Below, one piece after another: positions 51,866 to 64,000 of a stretch of DNA of 64,000 bases. Within the stretch, counting starts at the first letter, position 1, and every line of letters begins with the position of its first letter. The DNA comes from Octopus sinensis (Eukaryota). The notes under the pieces are model-generated. The model did no database searches. It had not been told where the DNA came from and worked only from the letters and a program-made list of their open reading frames with translations. The position numbers and the translations under genes are program-made. The stretch is taken from contig NC_043017.1 in assembly GCF_006345805.1 (NCBI RefSeq), positions 20,894,001 to 20,958,000 of the forward strand, given 5' to 3'.

Positions 51866-52062
51866 AAGGGGGAAGGTACGGCTATCTAGTGTTCACTTTG
51901 GTAAAGTCTCTATTTGATGAAGTGTGAAGTCATGGAATAGCAACACACTGGGGATAACTGGCAGAAGTCATAAAAAAAGGACATACATTTAATTAAACCT
52001 CTGATCCCTCCTACCCAACACTTCAATATGTGTGAAAACACATCAACGATCTGAATGTACAG

Positions 52063-52471
52063 TCATCCATCAAAAAAATCCTCAAATGAAGGAGAAGTGG
52101 TCACCATTGGATTAAACAAGCAACCAAAGCCACTTTCTTCCTCTTCCAGATTAACAGAGTCATCTTTGATATTAGATTTCAAAGAATGTTTCTTACAGGT
52201 TTTAGCATCACATCTTTTATCATTGGCATCGGTCTTGTTCTTTGCACTAGTTTTTGGAAACTTTGGAACCAAAACACTTCAAATATTTTTGTAACTTGTC
52301 AGTTTCTGATATTTGTGTTTTTGGCGCTGTTTCTTTCTGTTTAGCATCAAATTCCTCATTTGAGTTCATTGTGTCTTTGACGTTCTTCCGAATTCTAAAT
52401 ATTTCTTTTTCTACTTCTATCACAGTGGTGATGGCCATATTAGTGTCATCAGATTCTTTGAAAGCAAATGT
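52063..52471 (-). CDS. coding-like segment (Lys/Glu/Ser-rich, possible terminal exon) broken by a 1-nt frameshift
   Basis: Two overlapping non-repetitive ORFs (..ESDDTNMAITTVIEVEKEIFRIRK..VSKN* and ..KTSAKNKTD..EEEESGFGCLFNP..EDFFDG*) join if one base is removed from the T5 run at 52251-52255; candidate AG acceptors precede 52471 and 52455. No family recognised. Confidence 0.4.
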
Positions 52472-52536
52472 CTTTGTAGATGTGTGTAGGTATGTATGTG
52501 AGTACGAGAGTGAATGTGTGTGTGTGTGTGCATGCA

Positions 52537-52567
<31 letters not shown>

Positions 52568-54519
52568 ATATAATAGACATATCATTTGTATGAAATACAC
52601 TATGTGTGTATAGGTGTCTGGGTGTCTATGTGTAAGTGTATTTGTCTCAATGTGTGTGTGTGCATGTGCATTACAGAAAAAGTGAGTGTCTGTTGAGTAT
52701 GTCTGCATATGTGTGTATGTATGTCAGTATGTGAATATGTGTACGTATGTAACAGACTGAATGAGTGTATATATGCACATGTGTATGAGATTGTCAGTAT
52801 TTGAGTCTGTGATTGTGTGTGTGTGTGTGTTTGTTTATAATAGAAAGAACAGGTGTTTTCTTATTCCATTAATATATGTGTATCAGTGTGTGTATGTGTG
52901 TAATAGACAGACTGAGTGTATATGCATTGGTGTGTGTGTGTACATGCATGTATGTGCATGCATGCGTGTGTGTGTGCATGCATGTGTATATCTGTGTGCT
53001 TAGTAAGTATGTAAGAGAGTGAGTGTGTGTGTGTGTCTATCCATATGAATGAAACAGAGCTGGTGTCTGTACATGTATGTGTGTGTATGTGTCTCTGTGT
53101 CACTGTGCAAAAGAGACAGACGAAGAATTTATCCAGCTGTGTCTCTACATGTGTGTGTGATGGTGATGATGATTATGAAGGAGGAGGTGGTTGTGATGGT
53201 GATGGCAGGTAAAATGTTGGGTATGTGTCTACCTGTCTGCACGTCTCTCTCTCTCTGCCTGTGTGCTAACAAAACTAAAGACATCCATTTAATCACAGAT
53301 CACGACAAGAATCACGCAAAAATGAAAGAGAAATTCCATAAAACTCAGATTCTGACGATGCTAAGAATGCTTCAGGTGTAATAAACCAGGTAAGATATCA
53401 ATTGATTGACACAACATACCTTGCCAGACAAAACACCCACACCACCTCTCTCATACGGGTGGTGGGGGGAATAGGTGGGGTAATTTGGTTGATATCAACA
53501 AAAATTAGTTTATTACGATTCTGTGATTGTATTAATGAGTCTGAGGCAGGTGGCAGGTGGTGGTGGGAGTAGTAGTGATCGTGAGGGTGGTTGGTGGTGG
53601 TGATGATGATTGTTCTGGTGTTAGTGATGTTGGTGGTGTTAGTGATGGTAGTGGTGGAAGTGGCAATGGTGGTGGTGATGGTAGTTGATGGTGGTGGTGG
53701 ATGTTGTTGCTGGCAGTGGTGATGGTGGTCATGGGGTGTTGTGTTGGTGGTCGTGTTTGGGGTTGTGGTGGTGTTGGTGATGGTTGTGATGGTTGATGAT
53801 GGTGGTCGTAATATGGAAGTGGTGCTGATGGTAGTGGCGCTGGTAGTGATGATGAAGGTAGCCGAGGATGTGTTGGTGATGGTTGGGGTGGTGGTTTATG
53901 GTGGTGGTGGGTGGTGGTGATGGTGGCAGTGATGGCAAGTGAAGTTTTGGGTGGTGACAAAGGGTAAAAATGGGTGGGTAATGGTATCATGGTTGGATAG
54001 TGGTGGTGGTGGTTGTTGTTGTTGTTGGTGGTGGTGGTGTTGATGGATGCTTCTTGAAGGAGAAAAGTAGTGTATTAGGGAATACCATTTTGGGTGATGA
54101 GTGGCTTTTATTAGGGTGATGCTGAAAGGAAACGGAAAAAGGAACAGAAAAAAGAAAACCAAACACTGTGAGACGTGATGTGTACAGGAACAACGGTGAG
54201 TTAATTTTTGAGTGGGGTGTGTGTGTGTGTGTGTGTATAGATATGTATATTTATATTTGTGATATATTTGTGTGTGTGCATATATATCTATTTATATATA
54301 TATGTACGTATGCATATATGCATGATACAGATGTATACACATATACATGCATACATATTTATATATATACATATATACATATATGTACATATATGTACAT
54401 ATATATATGTACATATATGTATATATATGTACATATACAGACATATATATATACACACCTACACACACATACACACACACACACACACATATATATATAG
54501 CAACAGATATATATATGTG

Positions 54520-54554
<35 letters not shown>

Positions 54555-54631
54555 CACATACAGATACACACACACACACTCACACATACACATGTAGATA
54601 TAAAGACATATGTGAAGGTATATGAGTATAA

Positions 54632-54666
<35 letters not shown>

Positions 54667-55407
54667 TGCATGTGTGCACAGTTTCCAATATGGGTGCATG
54701 TAGATTGTAAGAAATAATTCAACAGCAACAACAACAAATAACTAACAACAGTTGCTACTAATGATACTACTACAACTACCACCACCACCATCACCACTAC
54801 CACTACCACTACTACTACTACTACTACTACCACAGACACCAAATATACAAATATAATTAAATATTGCCAGAGGTTCTCACGGAGGGAACAGTCAGGAGTT
54901 AGATAATAGATATTTCTAAGAAGAAAAAAGAAGAGCAAGAGAGAGAAGGAGAGATAGAGAGAAGGAGAGGGAAAGAGAGTGAGAAAGAGGGAGAGGAAGG
55001 GTGGGGAAGAAGAAGAAATAATATCATATTGTGTTATTAATAGAGTATTATCATGAAGATGATTCCTGGAACTGTTAAACAGAATAAAAAGAAAAAAATC
55101 ATTCACACAAAAAACACAAAAAATAAAATAAAATACAAAAAATTTATAGAACTAAACCCAGAAAGTAGTTTACAAGAAGCCAGACTCGCCCCCCCCCCTC
55201 CAATGCATCTCAACACACCTCCACTGTCTCCACCATTTTGCTGGAAGGCTATGTTTGTTTTTGGAGGGGTTTTAGTTTTTGTGCAGTGGGATGCGCATGA
55301 GAGAGAGGAGAGAGAGAGAGCAGGGAGAGGGTGATGTGGAGGTGATGTCGAAGCCAATGACAATGGGGCCCCCTCCACCCCTGCCAACATATAATGGGGT
55401 GGATAGC

Positions 55408-55438
<31 letters not shown>

Positions 55439-55863
55439 TAGGGGCCAGGGAAGGTGAGCGGGGTGAAGAGAGTAAGGAGCATGAAGAAAGGAAATTTGAT
55501 TGTAGAATTAACACCAAATAAATTATAAATATATGTACCTGAATGCATATATGTGTGTGTGTGTGAGTGTACACATGCTTATATATATATATATATAATT
55601 ATATATATATATATATATCACATATATACATATAATATATATATATATATATATACATACATATACATATATATACATACATACATATATATATATATAT
55701 AGGTAGATAAATATACAGATATATATGTACATACATATATATATATATATATATACATACACATTTATATACAGATACATGCATACACATATATGTATAC
55801 ATATCATGTCATATATATATATATATGTAGATAGATAATTTACACGCAAGCAATCTCTCACTC

Positions 55864-55930
<67 letters not shown>

Positions 55931-55944
55931 CTCTCTCTCTCTCG

Positions 55945-56005
<61 letters not shown>

Positions 56006-57764
56006 TGCATATGTGTATGTGTGTGCATATATATATAATAGATAGTCATATGTATATGTGTGTGTGTGTGAGTAGGAAATTAAAATGAAAGACAATGCAA
56101 GCCTGACAGAGGCACAGAAGGCAAAAAAACAAAACAAAAAAGAAGAAAACAAGAAACAAAAATACAAAATAAAACATAAATGTCCCCTAAACGACCATAA
56201 GACCAAAAAAATTCTTCACGTCACCCCTGACTACCCCACCCCAAATAAGTGATAATACATAAAATAATTAACAAGAACAACAACAACAACAGACAATTTG
56301 GAAATAAGCAAGGACTTGTCTTCGAAATATGACAAGTCGTTGATAGAAGGAAGAAAGGAAGAAACGAAGGAGAAATGAAAGAAGGAAGGAAAATATGATT
56401 CCAAGCTGTAGAATTTATGGAAGAGGAGTGCAAAAAAAAAACACCTTGAAAAAACAAAGCAAGATATTGGAATTGAATGCTGACATGTCAGGTATAAAGC
56501 ATATTTTTGTGAATTTATTCGTTTATTTTGCTCGTTCTTTGGCGGGGGGGCGGGGGCGGGGGTGAGGGAAGGGGTGGTGGATGCGGGGGGGGGGGGGGTG
56601 CTGTCTGCTGTTAGCTGATCTGTCTGTTGTCAGGTAGACGTAGACATGCACGCAAAAACAACATACATATAAATATATATGCACACATACATACACACAG
56701 ACACACACATACATACATATATATATGCATAGGTATATATTCACACATATGTATATACAAACATATATACACACATACATACATACACACACACACACAT
56801 ATATATACATAAGTATATATTCACACATATGTATATATATATATACATATATACACAATATATATATATATATATATACACACACATATGTATATATACA
56901 TATATATACACACAAATATGTATATATATATATATATATATATGTGTGCATGTATATATATATTGTGTATAGATATACACATATATATATATAAGTATAT
57001 ATATGCAAATATATATATTTAATAGATTTATGTATATATTTACATACAATCATAGATACTTAAATTTGTGTGCATGTGTTTGTGTGTGCGTGTGTGTGTG
57101 TGTGTGTGTGTGAGTGTGTGTGGATTTTCTGTCTGTATGCAAGTCAATGCATCTCACTGATTTCTCACATGTAGCTTTGGCTGATGCGAACAAAAAAGTC
57201 GCAACATAAATATCAATAAGTCACGAAGATTACAAAACCCAAATGAAAACAGACTTGTTTTCATATACATGTGTGAATGTATATGCATGTGTGTAGGAAG
57301 TGAATATGCATACATATATCCATATACCTATATACATGCAAGAATACTGAAGTAGTTTTTCTTCAAAACATTAAAGACATGACTGAATCCAGGTTTCGAT
57401 TTATTCTTTATTTTTATCAAAAATCTTCCATATTATTTATATTGTGTCTTAAAATTTATTTTGATACCAACAGTGATCCTGTGTGCATTACTCCATCAAT
57501 ATTTCAACAACTTCATGGCTTCATCATCAGAGTGAAGTGAAGTTAATAACTGTATGTTGAACATGAGCTTAGCATTAGGCAACAACAGAGCATGGGAATA
57601 CTTGTGTAACAGATAAAATTGCTGTTGTCAGATTTACAAAATTGTATAACATTTAAGTCGTGGTAGACTGTGGGATTTCTTTTCGGTGTGATGTTTCTGT
57701 GCATTGATTTGTTACTATTATTATTATTATTATTATTATTATTATCATCCTCATCATCATCATT

Positions 57765-58000
57765 AAAAAGATCCAACTGATCGTGGCCATTGCCAGCCTC
57801 CCCTGGCACCTCTGCCGGTAGCATGTAAAAAGCACCAACTACACTCACGGTTTGGGTTGGCATTAGGAAGGGGATCCACTGTAGAAAACACTGCCAGATC
57901 AGACTGGAGCCTGGTGCAGCTCCTGGCTCCCCAGATCCCAGTTGAACTGTCTAACATGCTAGCATGGAAAAAGACGTTTAAACGATGATGATGATGAGGA
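57765..58000 (+). mobile_element. repeat family C, opposite orientation
   Basis: GGTTGGCATTAGGAAGGG..CATGCTAGCATGGAAAA..(GAT)n. Confidence 0.8.
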
Positions 58001-58654
58001 TGAATGATGACTTATCATAATATATATTATTATATTATTATTATTATTATTATTATTACTGTTAATAATTTAAGGCCTTGGTACCTATAATGGAAAGGAT
58101 TATTATTATTATTATTATTCTATGTTTGACTTTTGCTTTACATTTGCACAAGCTGGCTCCAAGTCTTACCCAGAGACCTCAAGAGACAACAAGCTGGAAG
58201 TTTATGTTGGTGTTATGCCTAGGGTGTCATATATTTGGTTTTGTACTTAGTGTTGTACTAGTGAATGCCTAAAAAACCATACGGAAATTATGTTTGTATC
58301 TATATGAACATAATTTCGTATTTATACGAACATATAGGAAAAATTATATTATTTTTATTATTATTGTTATTATTACTATTATTATTATTATTATTATTAT
58401 TAAAAGGAAATGGAGTGTGGAGAGGGAAGTGCTGTCCTCAAGTGAATTTATTGAAAGGTGGGTGAAAGTTGCGAAAATAGCAAGGGTGGATGGTACCCCT
58501 CTAAGTGTAGATCTATGAGTTAGAGAGAAGAAATTGGAGAGGGCACTTGTTCCAAGGGCTTCAGGGAAATTTTGGACAGTGGGGTTCATCAATCTTTATG
58601 TTCTGAGTTCAAATTCCACGGATGCTGGCTTTGCCTTTCATCTATTTGGAGATG

Positions 58655-58712
58655 CAATCAATTAGATAGATAGATAGATAGATAAAGAGATAGATAGATA
58701 GATAGATAGAGA

Positions 58713-58748
<36 letters not shown>

Positions 58749-58780
58749 GTATGTAGGTAGGTAGGTAGGTAGGTAGATAG

Positions 58781-58811
<31 letters not shown>

Positions 58812-58849
58812 GATAGAGAGATAGATAGATAGATAAATAGGTAGGTAGG

Positions 58850-58890
<41 letters not shown>

Positions 58891-58906
58891 TGGTAGAGAG
58901 ATAGTG

Positions 58907-58937
<31 letters not shown>

Positions 58938-59061
58938 CAAAGGTTGACAGATAGAAATTGATAGAGGCAAACAGATAGAGAGAGGAAGATAGAAGTAGAC
59001 AGATAGAGATAGATTGATAAAGGCAGAGACATAGGGATAGATAAATAGATAGGTAGATAGG

Positions 59062-59097
<36 letters not shown>

Positions 59098-59120
59098 CAG
59101 AGAGACAGATAAATAGATGT
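58655..59120. repeat. (GATA)n tetranucleotide tract
   Basis: Directly visible. Confidence 0.95.
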
Positions 59121-59602
59121 ATATGTGTATGTATGTATTCCAGCAAGTCAGAACCGCTGCAAATCGTGTTTGGTCTACAACAACAGTTTTTAGGTGGCAA
59201 CAATGATGCCTCACTGAAGAACTGTTTACTTTATTGAAATTTCAAGCAAATAAATATAATGAAAATGTAAATAAAAAATAAATTTTTTAAGAGCAATTAG
59301 TGAACAAACATACAAAAACAGGAAGTTTAACAGTGAATATAGAACAACACTATTATTTTTTTTTTGTCTTCCTCATGAGATTAGTCTGGTTGTCGTAAAA
59401 CATATTTTCTAATGGAAAATATATATTTCTCTACATTAACTGATTAGCTAGGAATTTGTAACTCATACGAGGGTGTATGGCTATGTTAATCAATTAATGT
59501 ATAGTTGATTAAGTTATGTGTGGCTTCACTTAAAGCTTTCAGTCAAACAGTCACGTACAAGTGCACCCACATACATACTAACATATACACGTAGATATAC
59601 AT

Positions 59603-59667
<65 letters not shown>

Positions 59668-60074
59668 TACACATATGTGTGTATGAATATGAATATATAT
59701 ATATATATACACGTGTGTATAAATATGAATATATATATATGTCTGTGTATATGTATACATATGTATTTGTATGTATGTATAAGTGTGTGCATACATACAT
59801 ATATATATATATATATACACACACATACACACACACATATATATATACACACATGTATGCATACATATATATATGTATAGATGTATGTGTATATGTATGG
59901 GGTGTATATGACTCGAAGAAGCATAATTCTATGTGCCAAAATGGAGAATAAGTGTTACGTATTGAGACAGTTCGGCCACGATTGGACAAATTTTTATTCA
60001 ATCATGCGTTTCAGTGCTTTCCATCCTGTTCTTTTCTCTTTATCTGTACCTCACCAATTCTCTTCCGTGACACC

Positions 60075-60440
60075 ACCAATTTTGGAGGAAGCGGGCTAGT
60101 CGATCATATCAACCCCAGTGTGTAACTAGTATTTATTTCATCAACCCTGAAAGGATGACAACAAAGTCCACTTCAGTGGAATTTGAACTCAGAATGTAGT
60201 AGCAGATGAAATACCTATTTCTTTATTACCCACAAGGGGCTAAACACAGAGAGGACGAACAAGGACAGACAAACGGATTAAGTCGATCATATCGACCCCA
60301 GTGCGTAACTGTACTTATTTAATCGACCCCGAAAGGATGAAAGGCAAAGTCAACCTCGGCGGAATTTGAACTCAGAACGTAACGGCAGACAAAATACCGC
60401 TACACATTTCGCCTGGCATGCTAACGATTCTACCAGCTTG
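60075..60440 (-). mobile_element. dimeric/nested SINE B (Tx1-tailed unit followed by a partial short-tailed unit)
   Basis: The family B middle region occurs twice (60100-60215 and 60280-60400), separated by the Tx1-like tail at 60216-60275. Confidence 0.8.
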
Positions 60441-60456
60441 TTGTGTTGTTGTTGTT

Positions 60457-60487
<31 letters not shown>

Positions 60488-60491
<4 letters not shown>

Positions 60492-60630
60492 CAGGAAAAC
60501 CAAAAATGGCAGAAATTCAAAAGATGGTGCTCATGGCAACTGCCCATATCCTACGTAAAATACTGTCTATGTAATCTCAAATTTGAAAACAAACTTATAA
60601 TTTTCTTATGTTTTCTTAAACATTCTCGAA
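60488..60630 (+). mobile_element. R4/Dong-clade LINE 3' fragment after (AAT)n
   Basis: IPGKPKMAEIQKMVLMATAHILRKILSM* aligns with the 21969 fragment. Confidence 0.75.
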
Positions 60631-60892
60631 CAATTCTGCCAGCTCGCTGACTTAGGAATAATCATAATATTAATCCTTTCAGCTTTGAGGCATAAGGCAT
60701 AAGGCCTCACATTTGGGAGAAAGTTTTAAGTCAATTACATCGACCCCAGTGCATAACTGGTACTTATTTAATCGACTCTGAAAAGGCGAAAGGCAAAGTT
60801 GATCTCGGTGAGATTTGAACTCAGAACATAAAGACTGGCAAAATACTTTTAAGCATTTTACCCAGTATGCTAGCAATTCTACCAGCTCACTG
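60631..60892 (-). mobile_element. SINE family B
   Basis: Reverse-complement core and head. Confidence 0.8.
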
Positions 60893-61455
60893 AATAATAA
60901 TGATAGTCATAATAATAATCAATAATAATAATGAATTAATAATAATGTATAACTTAATAGCTTTTTAATATTAACGCTGTAATAATCGGTATTTATTTCA
61001 GATAAACACCTTCACAGGAATTATATTTGGAAGGCCCAATGAGGGGATGATATTAATGTTGTATATAAGGATAATTGTCATGTGCACCTGGGTGTGTGTG
61101 CATATGTGTGGTGGAGTGTGTTTTCATCTGTGTATAAATACACAAGCACATACACACACAGGCGTGTATTTCTGTATGAGTGAAGATTTATATAAATATA
61201 TTTACCCATACAGACACTATATACATACATACATACATACATACAAGCAAACACACATACATACATACACTGCATGACACTGCATCCTTTAAGGCCCTCA
61301 TGCTTTCCGAAATCCGCCGAAACTACACCTGATTATATATACACTTTAGATGAGTTGTAGTGCACCTGAGCACTGTACACAATTATTATTATTATTATTA
61401 TTATTATTATACATACACACATATACACACATACATATATATGTATTATGTGTGA

Positions 61456-61495
<40 letters not shown>

Positions 61496-61541
61496 TATAT
61501 ATGTGCACACACATATAAAGAGAAAGAGAGACAGAGAGATA

Positions 61542-61699
61542 TGTTTCTTTATTAGCCACACAGGGCTGCACACAGATAGAACAAATTACAAGGTAGAGCT
61601 TTTCTTTTGAAGGGATTAAAAAAAAAAAAAAAAAAGGAAGGGGGAGGTTCGATCAAAAGGGATCGTAAAAGGAGAGAAAGAGGACAAAAATAAGGGGGG

Positions 61700-61735
<36 letters not shown>

Positions 61736-63075
61736 AGGGGGGTAGAGGAAAAAAAAAATGAATCAATATAGGATCGTTATCACACAAATGTCAATATGAA
61801 GTGTAAAGGGGAGGACAGGTGAGGTTTACCCGTGGAAAGAAAAGCCTGCGGAAAAGACCACGGTAACCTCGGTCAATGAAGTCACATTTCATATTTCTTT
61901 TTTTTTTTTTTTTTTTTTTGCAAATAAGCAACTCTCTGTTTTCGATTTCTGGGTTCATAGGACTATGTCAAGGTGGCTTCGTCATTCATACGTGCCATTC
62001 TTGCTACATTCACCCATTTTTTTTAAAACATTCGCTAGACAAAACTTGCCTCTCTACTCTCACTTTCCTTTTCAAGTGGTACTTGAAGAAGTTGATGAGA
62101 GATTGACCAGAGAGGAAAGTGTTTGTCTCCAATCCTTTCAGACGCGTCCACCAGATACATTCTTTCGCCATAGCCACAAGGATGATGAAAATAGCTCTTC
62201 CTTCCCGTTTGAAGGAAGGAGGCGTGACAATATTGACGATAGACTCAGCTGATAAACCGACTCGTCCCACACGTGACAGCAGTTGTTCGACATAAGCCCA
62301 CAGGTCGGAAATTGTTGGACACTGAACGAGTGCGTGCAGAACGGTTTCGTCGCTCTTGACCGCATCTCGGGCAGGTCGGCCCCGTGTTTCTCGAGCCGTG
62401 TCTGTAGAGCTTATCCCGAACGGGTAGCGCTTCTCGGTTAGCACTGCCAGGCCAGGGATCTCTGGAAGTTGTCCATGGGCCCTGGCCCGAAAGTCGTCCT
62501 GAACAGGCGGGTCAGGTACTCCTCGTCGACGTCCAGGTTCGCCCCGAGCTCGTCGTCGTACCTCCCCTCCACTAACCCTATAGAATGCTTTGGTTGTGTT
62601 GAAGTCACTTAAGGTCGACCCAGGACGGCAGAGTTGCTTGAGAGCAACGCGACACTCGCGGTGCCATTCGCCCTTCCTCGGCCTCTTTTTGATCCACGAC
62701 TGCAGTTCGGTCATGGAGACGAGCTGCGGGAAAGCGTGCCTCACAAACGGCGACCACACCTGTTCACCGTCGTCTACATAGAGCCAGAGATGTCGCAGTC
62801 TCAGCGCGTGTCTGCGCATCATCAACCACGGCATGCCCAGCCCTCCTTTAACGGGTGTTGACAGCAAATGGATCGCCTGACCATCGGGACGCATCCTTTC
62901 CACAAGAAGCGAAAGAGGATGCGTTGTAGTTTGGTGATGGTAGGGTCGGGACAAGGTACGACGGTCAGGCGGTAGTAGATGACGGACGCGATGTACGGGT
63001 TCGCCACCTCCGCTCGACTTTTAGGGACAGTTTCCTCTCGGCCCATTGCCGGGCGAGAGTGACCACCCTACTCGT
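61542..63075 (-). mobile_element. 5'-truncated Tx1/L1-clade LINE (post-RT region, zf-RVT, 3'UTR) with 9-bp TSD
   Basis: IASVIYYRLTVVPCP..LFRFLWKG, GGLGMP and CPRCGQ..ETVLHALVQCP zinc knuckle across frameshifts; AATAAA at 61548-61553; TSD AGAGAGATA at 61533-61541 and 63076-63084; CpG-rich. Confidence 0.9.
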
Positions 63076-63079
63076 AGAG

Positions 63080-63137
<58 letters not shown>

Positions 63138-63154
63138 GTAGGTAGGTAGGTAGG

Positions 63155-63214
<60 letters not shown>

Positions 63215-63608
63215 CAGACATGACAACATACACATCATGGTGTGATTGGAGTAGATTAGCAAAGTGAAAGAAGAATCAGGGGTGGGGAAACAGATCGAGA
63301 GAGAGAAGAGAGAGGGGAGTGTGTGTGTGTGAGACAAAGGGACATAGAGAAGACAGATCCTATGGGTTTAAGTTGATGTCAATTTACATCACACTGCTAT
63401 CAATCACAGTCCTACAGCTGTATAACCTATACAACTGGCTAGTGTTCCCTTAACCTCCCCACCATCACACACACACTGCCCGTTTGTCTGTCTGTCTGTC
63501 TGTCTTGCTCTGTCTCTTTTACAGTTATCTATTCAAGATGTAAGATATCTGTGTCTATACATAACATAATGTGTGTGTATATACATACAGACATAATTAT
63601 ATATATAT

Positions 63609-63673
<65 letters not shown>

Positions 63674-63863
63674 CATATATATATATACATATACATATAT
63701 ATACATATATTACATATATATATACATATATATATATATACATATATATACATATATATATATATATAATATATATATATCATATATTACATATATATAC
63801 ATACATATATATACATATATATACATATATATATATAACATATATATACATATATATATATAC

Positions 63864-63910
<47 letters not shown>

Positions 63911-63952
63911 TTATATATAATATTATATATATACACACACACACACACACAC

Positions 63953-63991
<39 letters not shown>

Positions 63992-64000
63992 TATGTATGT
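63076..64000. repeat. (GATA)n tract, a short unique spacer, then (TA)n tract
   Basis: Directly visible at 63080-63215 and 63570-64000. Confidence 0.9.

Noticed and set aside
53532-53990. Proline/threonine-rich minus-strand ORF
   Set aside because: Degenerate (GGT)n tract; no splice or homology support.

Overview
Eukaryotic, AT-rich, extremely microsatellite- and SINE-dense DNA. The repeat inventory resembles a cephalopod genome, probably Octopus (inference, not verifiable here). Almost all ORFs in the supplied track are microsatellite artefacts. Host-gene signal is limited to a probable first coding exon on the minus strand (4605-4676) beside a CpG-retaining promoter-like region, and a coding-like minus-strand segment at 52063-52471 broken by a 1-nt frameshift. 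Mobile DNA includes several tRNA-headed SINE families, RTE, CR1, R4/Dong and Tx1 LINE fragments, a decayed full-length DD37D (maT) transposon, a mariner 3' end, nested hAT elements with perfect 8-bp TSDs, piggyBac-type MITEs, foldbacks and a ~1.3-1.4 kb triplication. The most notable signal is a set of short non-coding elements carrying type I hammerhead ribozyme folds in three unrelated families (19947/38077, 41451/47481, 22346). They show compensatory base changes, terminal redundancy and inversions typical of Penelope-like/retrozyme retroelements, and one sits downstream of a tRNA-like SINE head. A SINE subfamily also shares its 3' tail with a Tx1 LINE inserted in a microsatellite. All structures were read by eye and none was computed.
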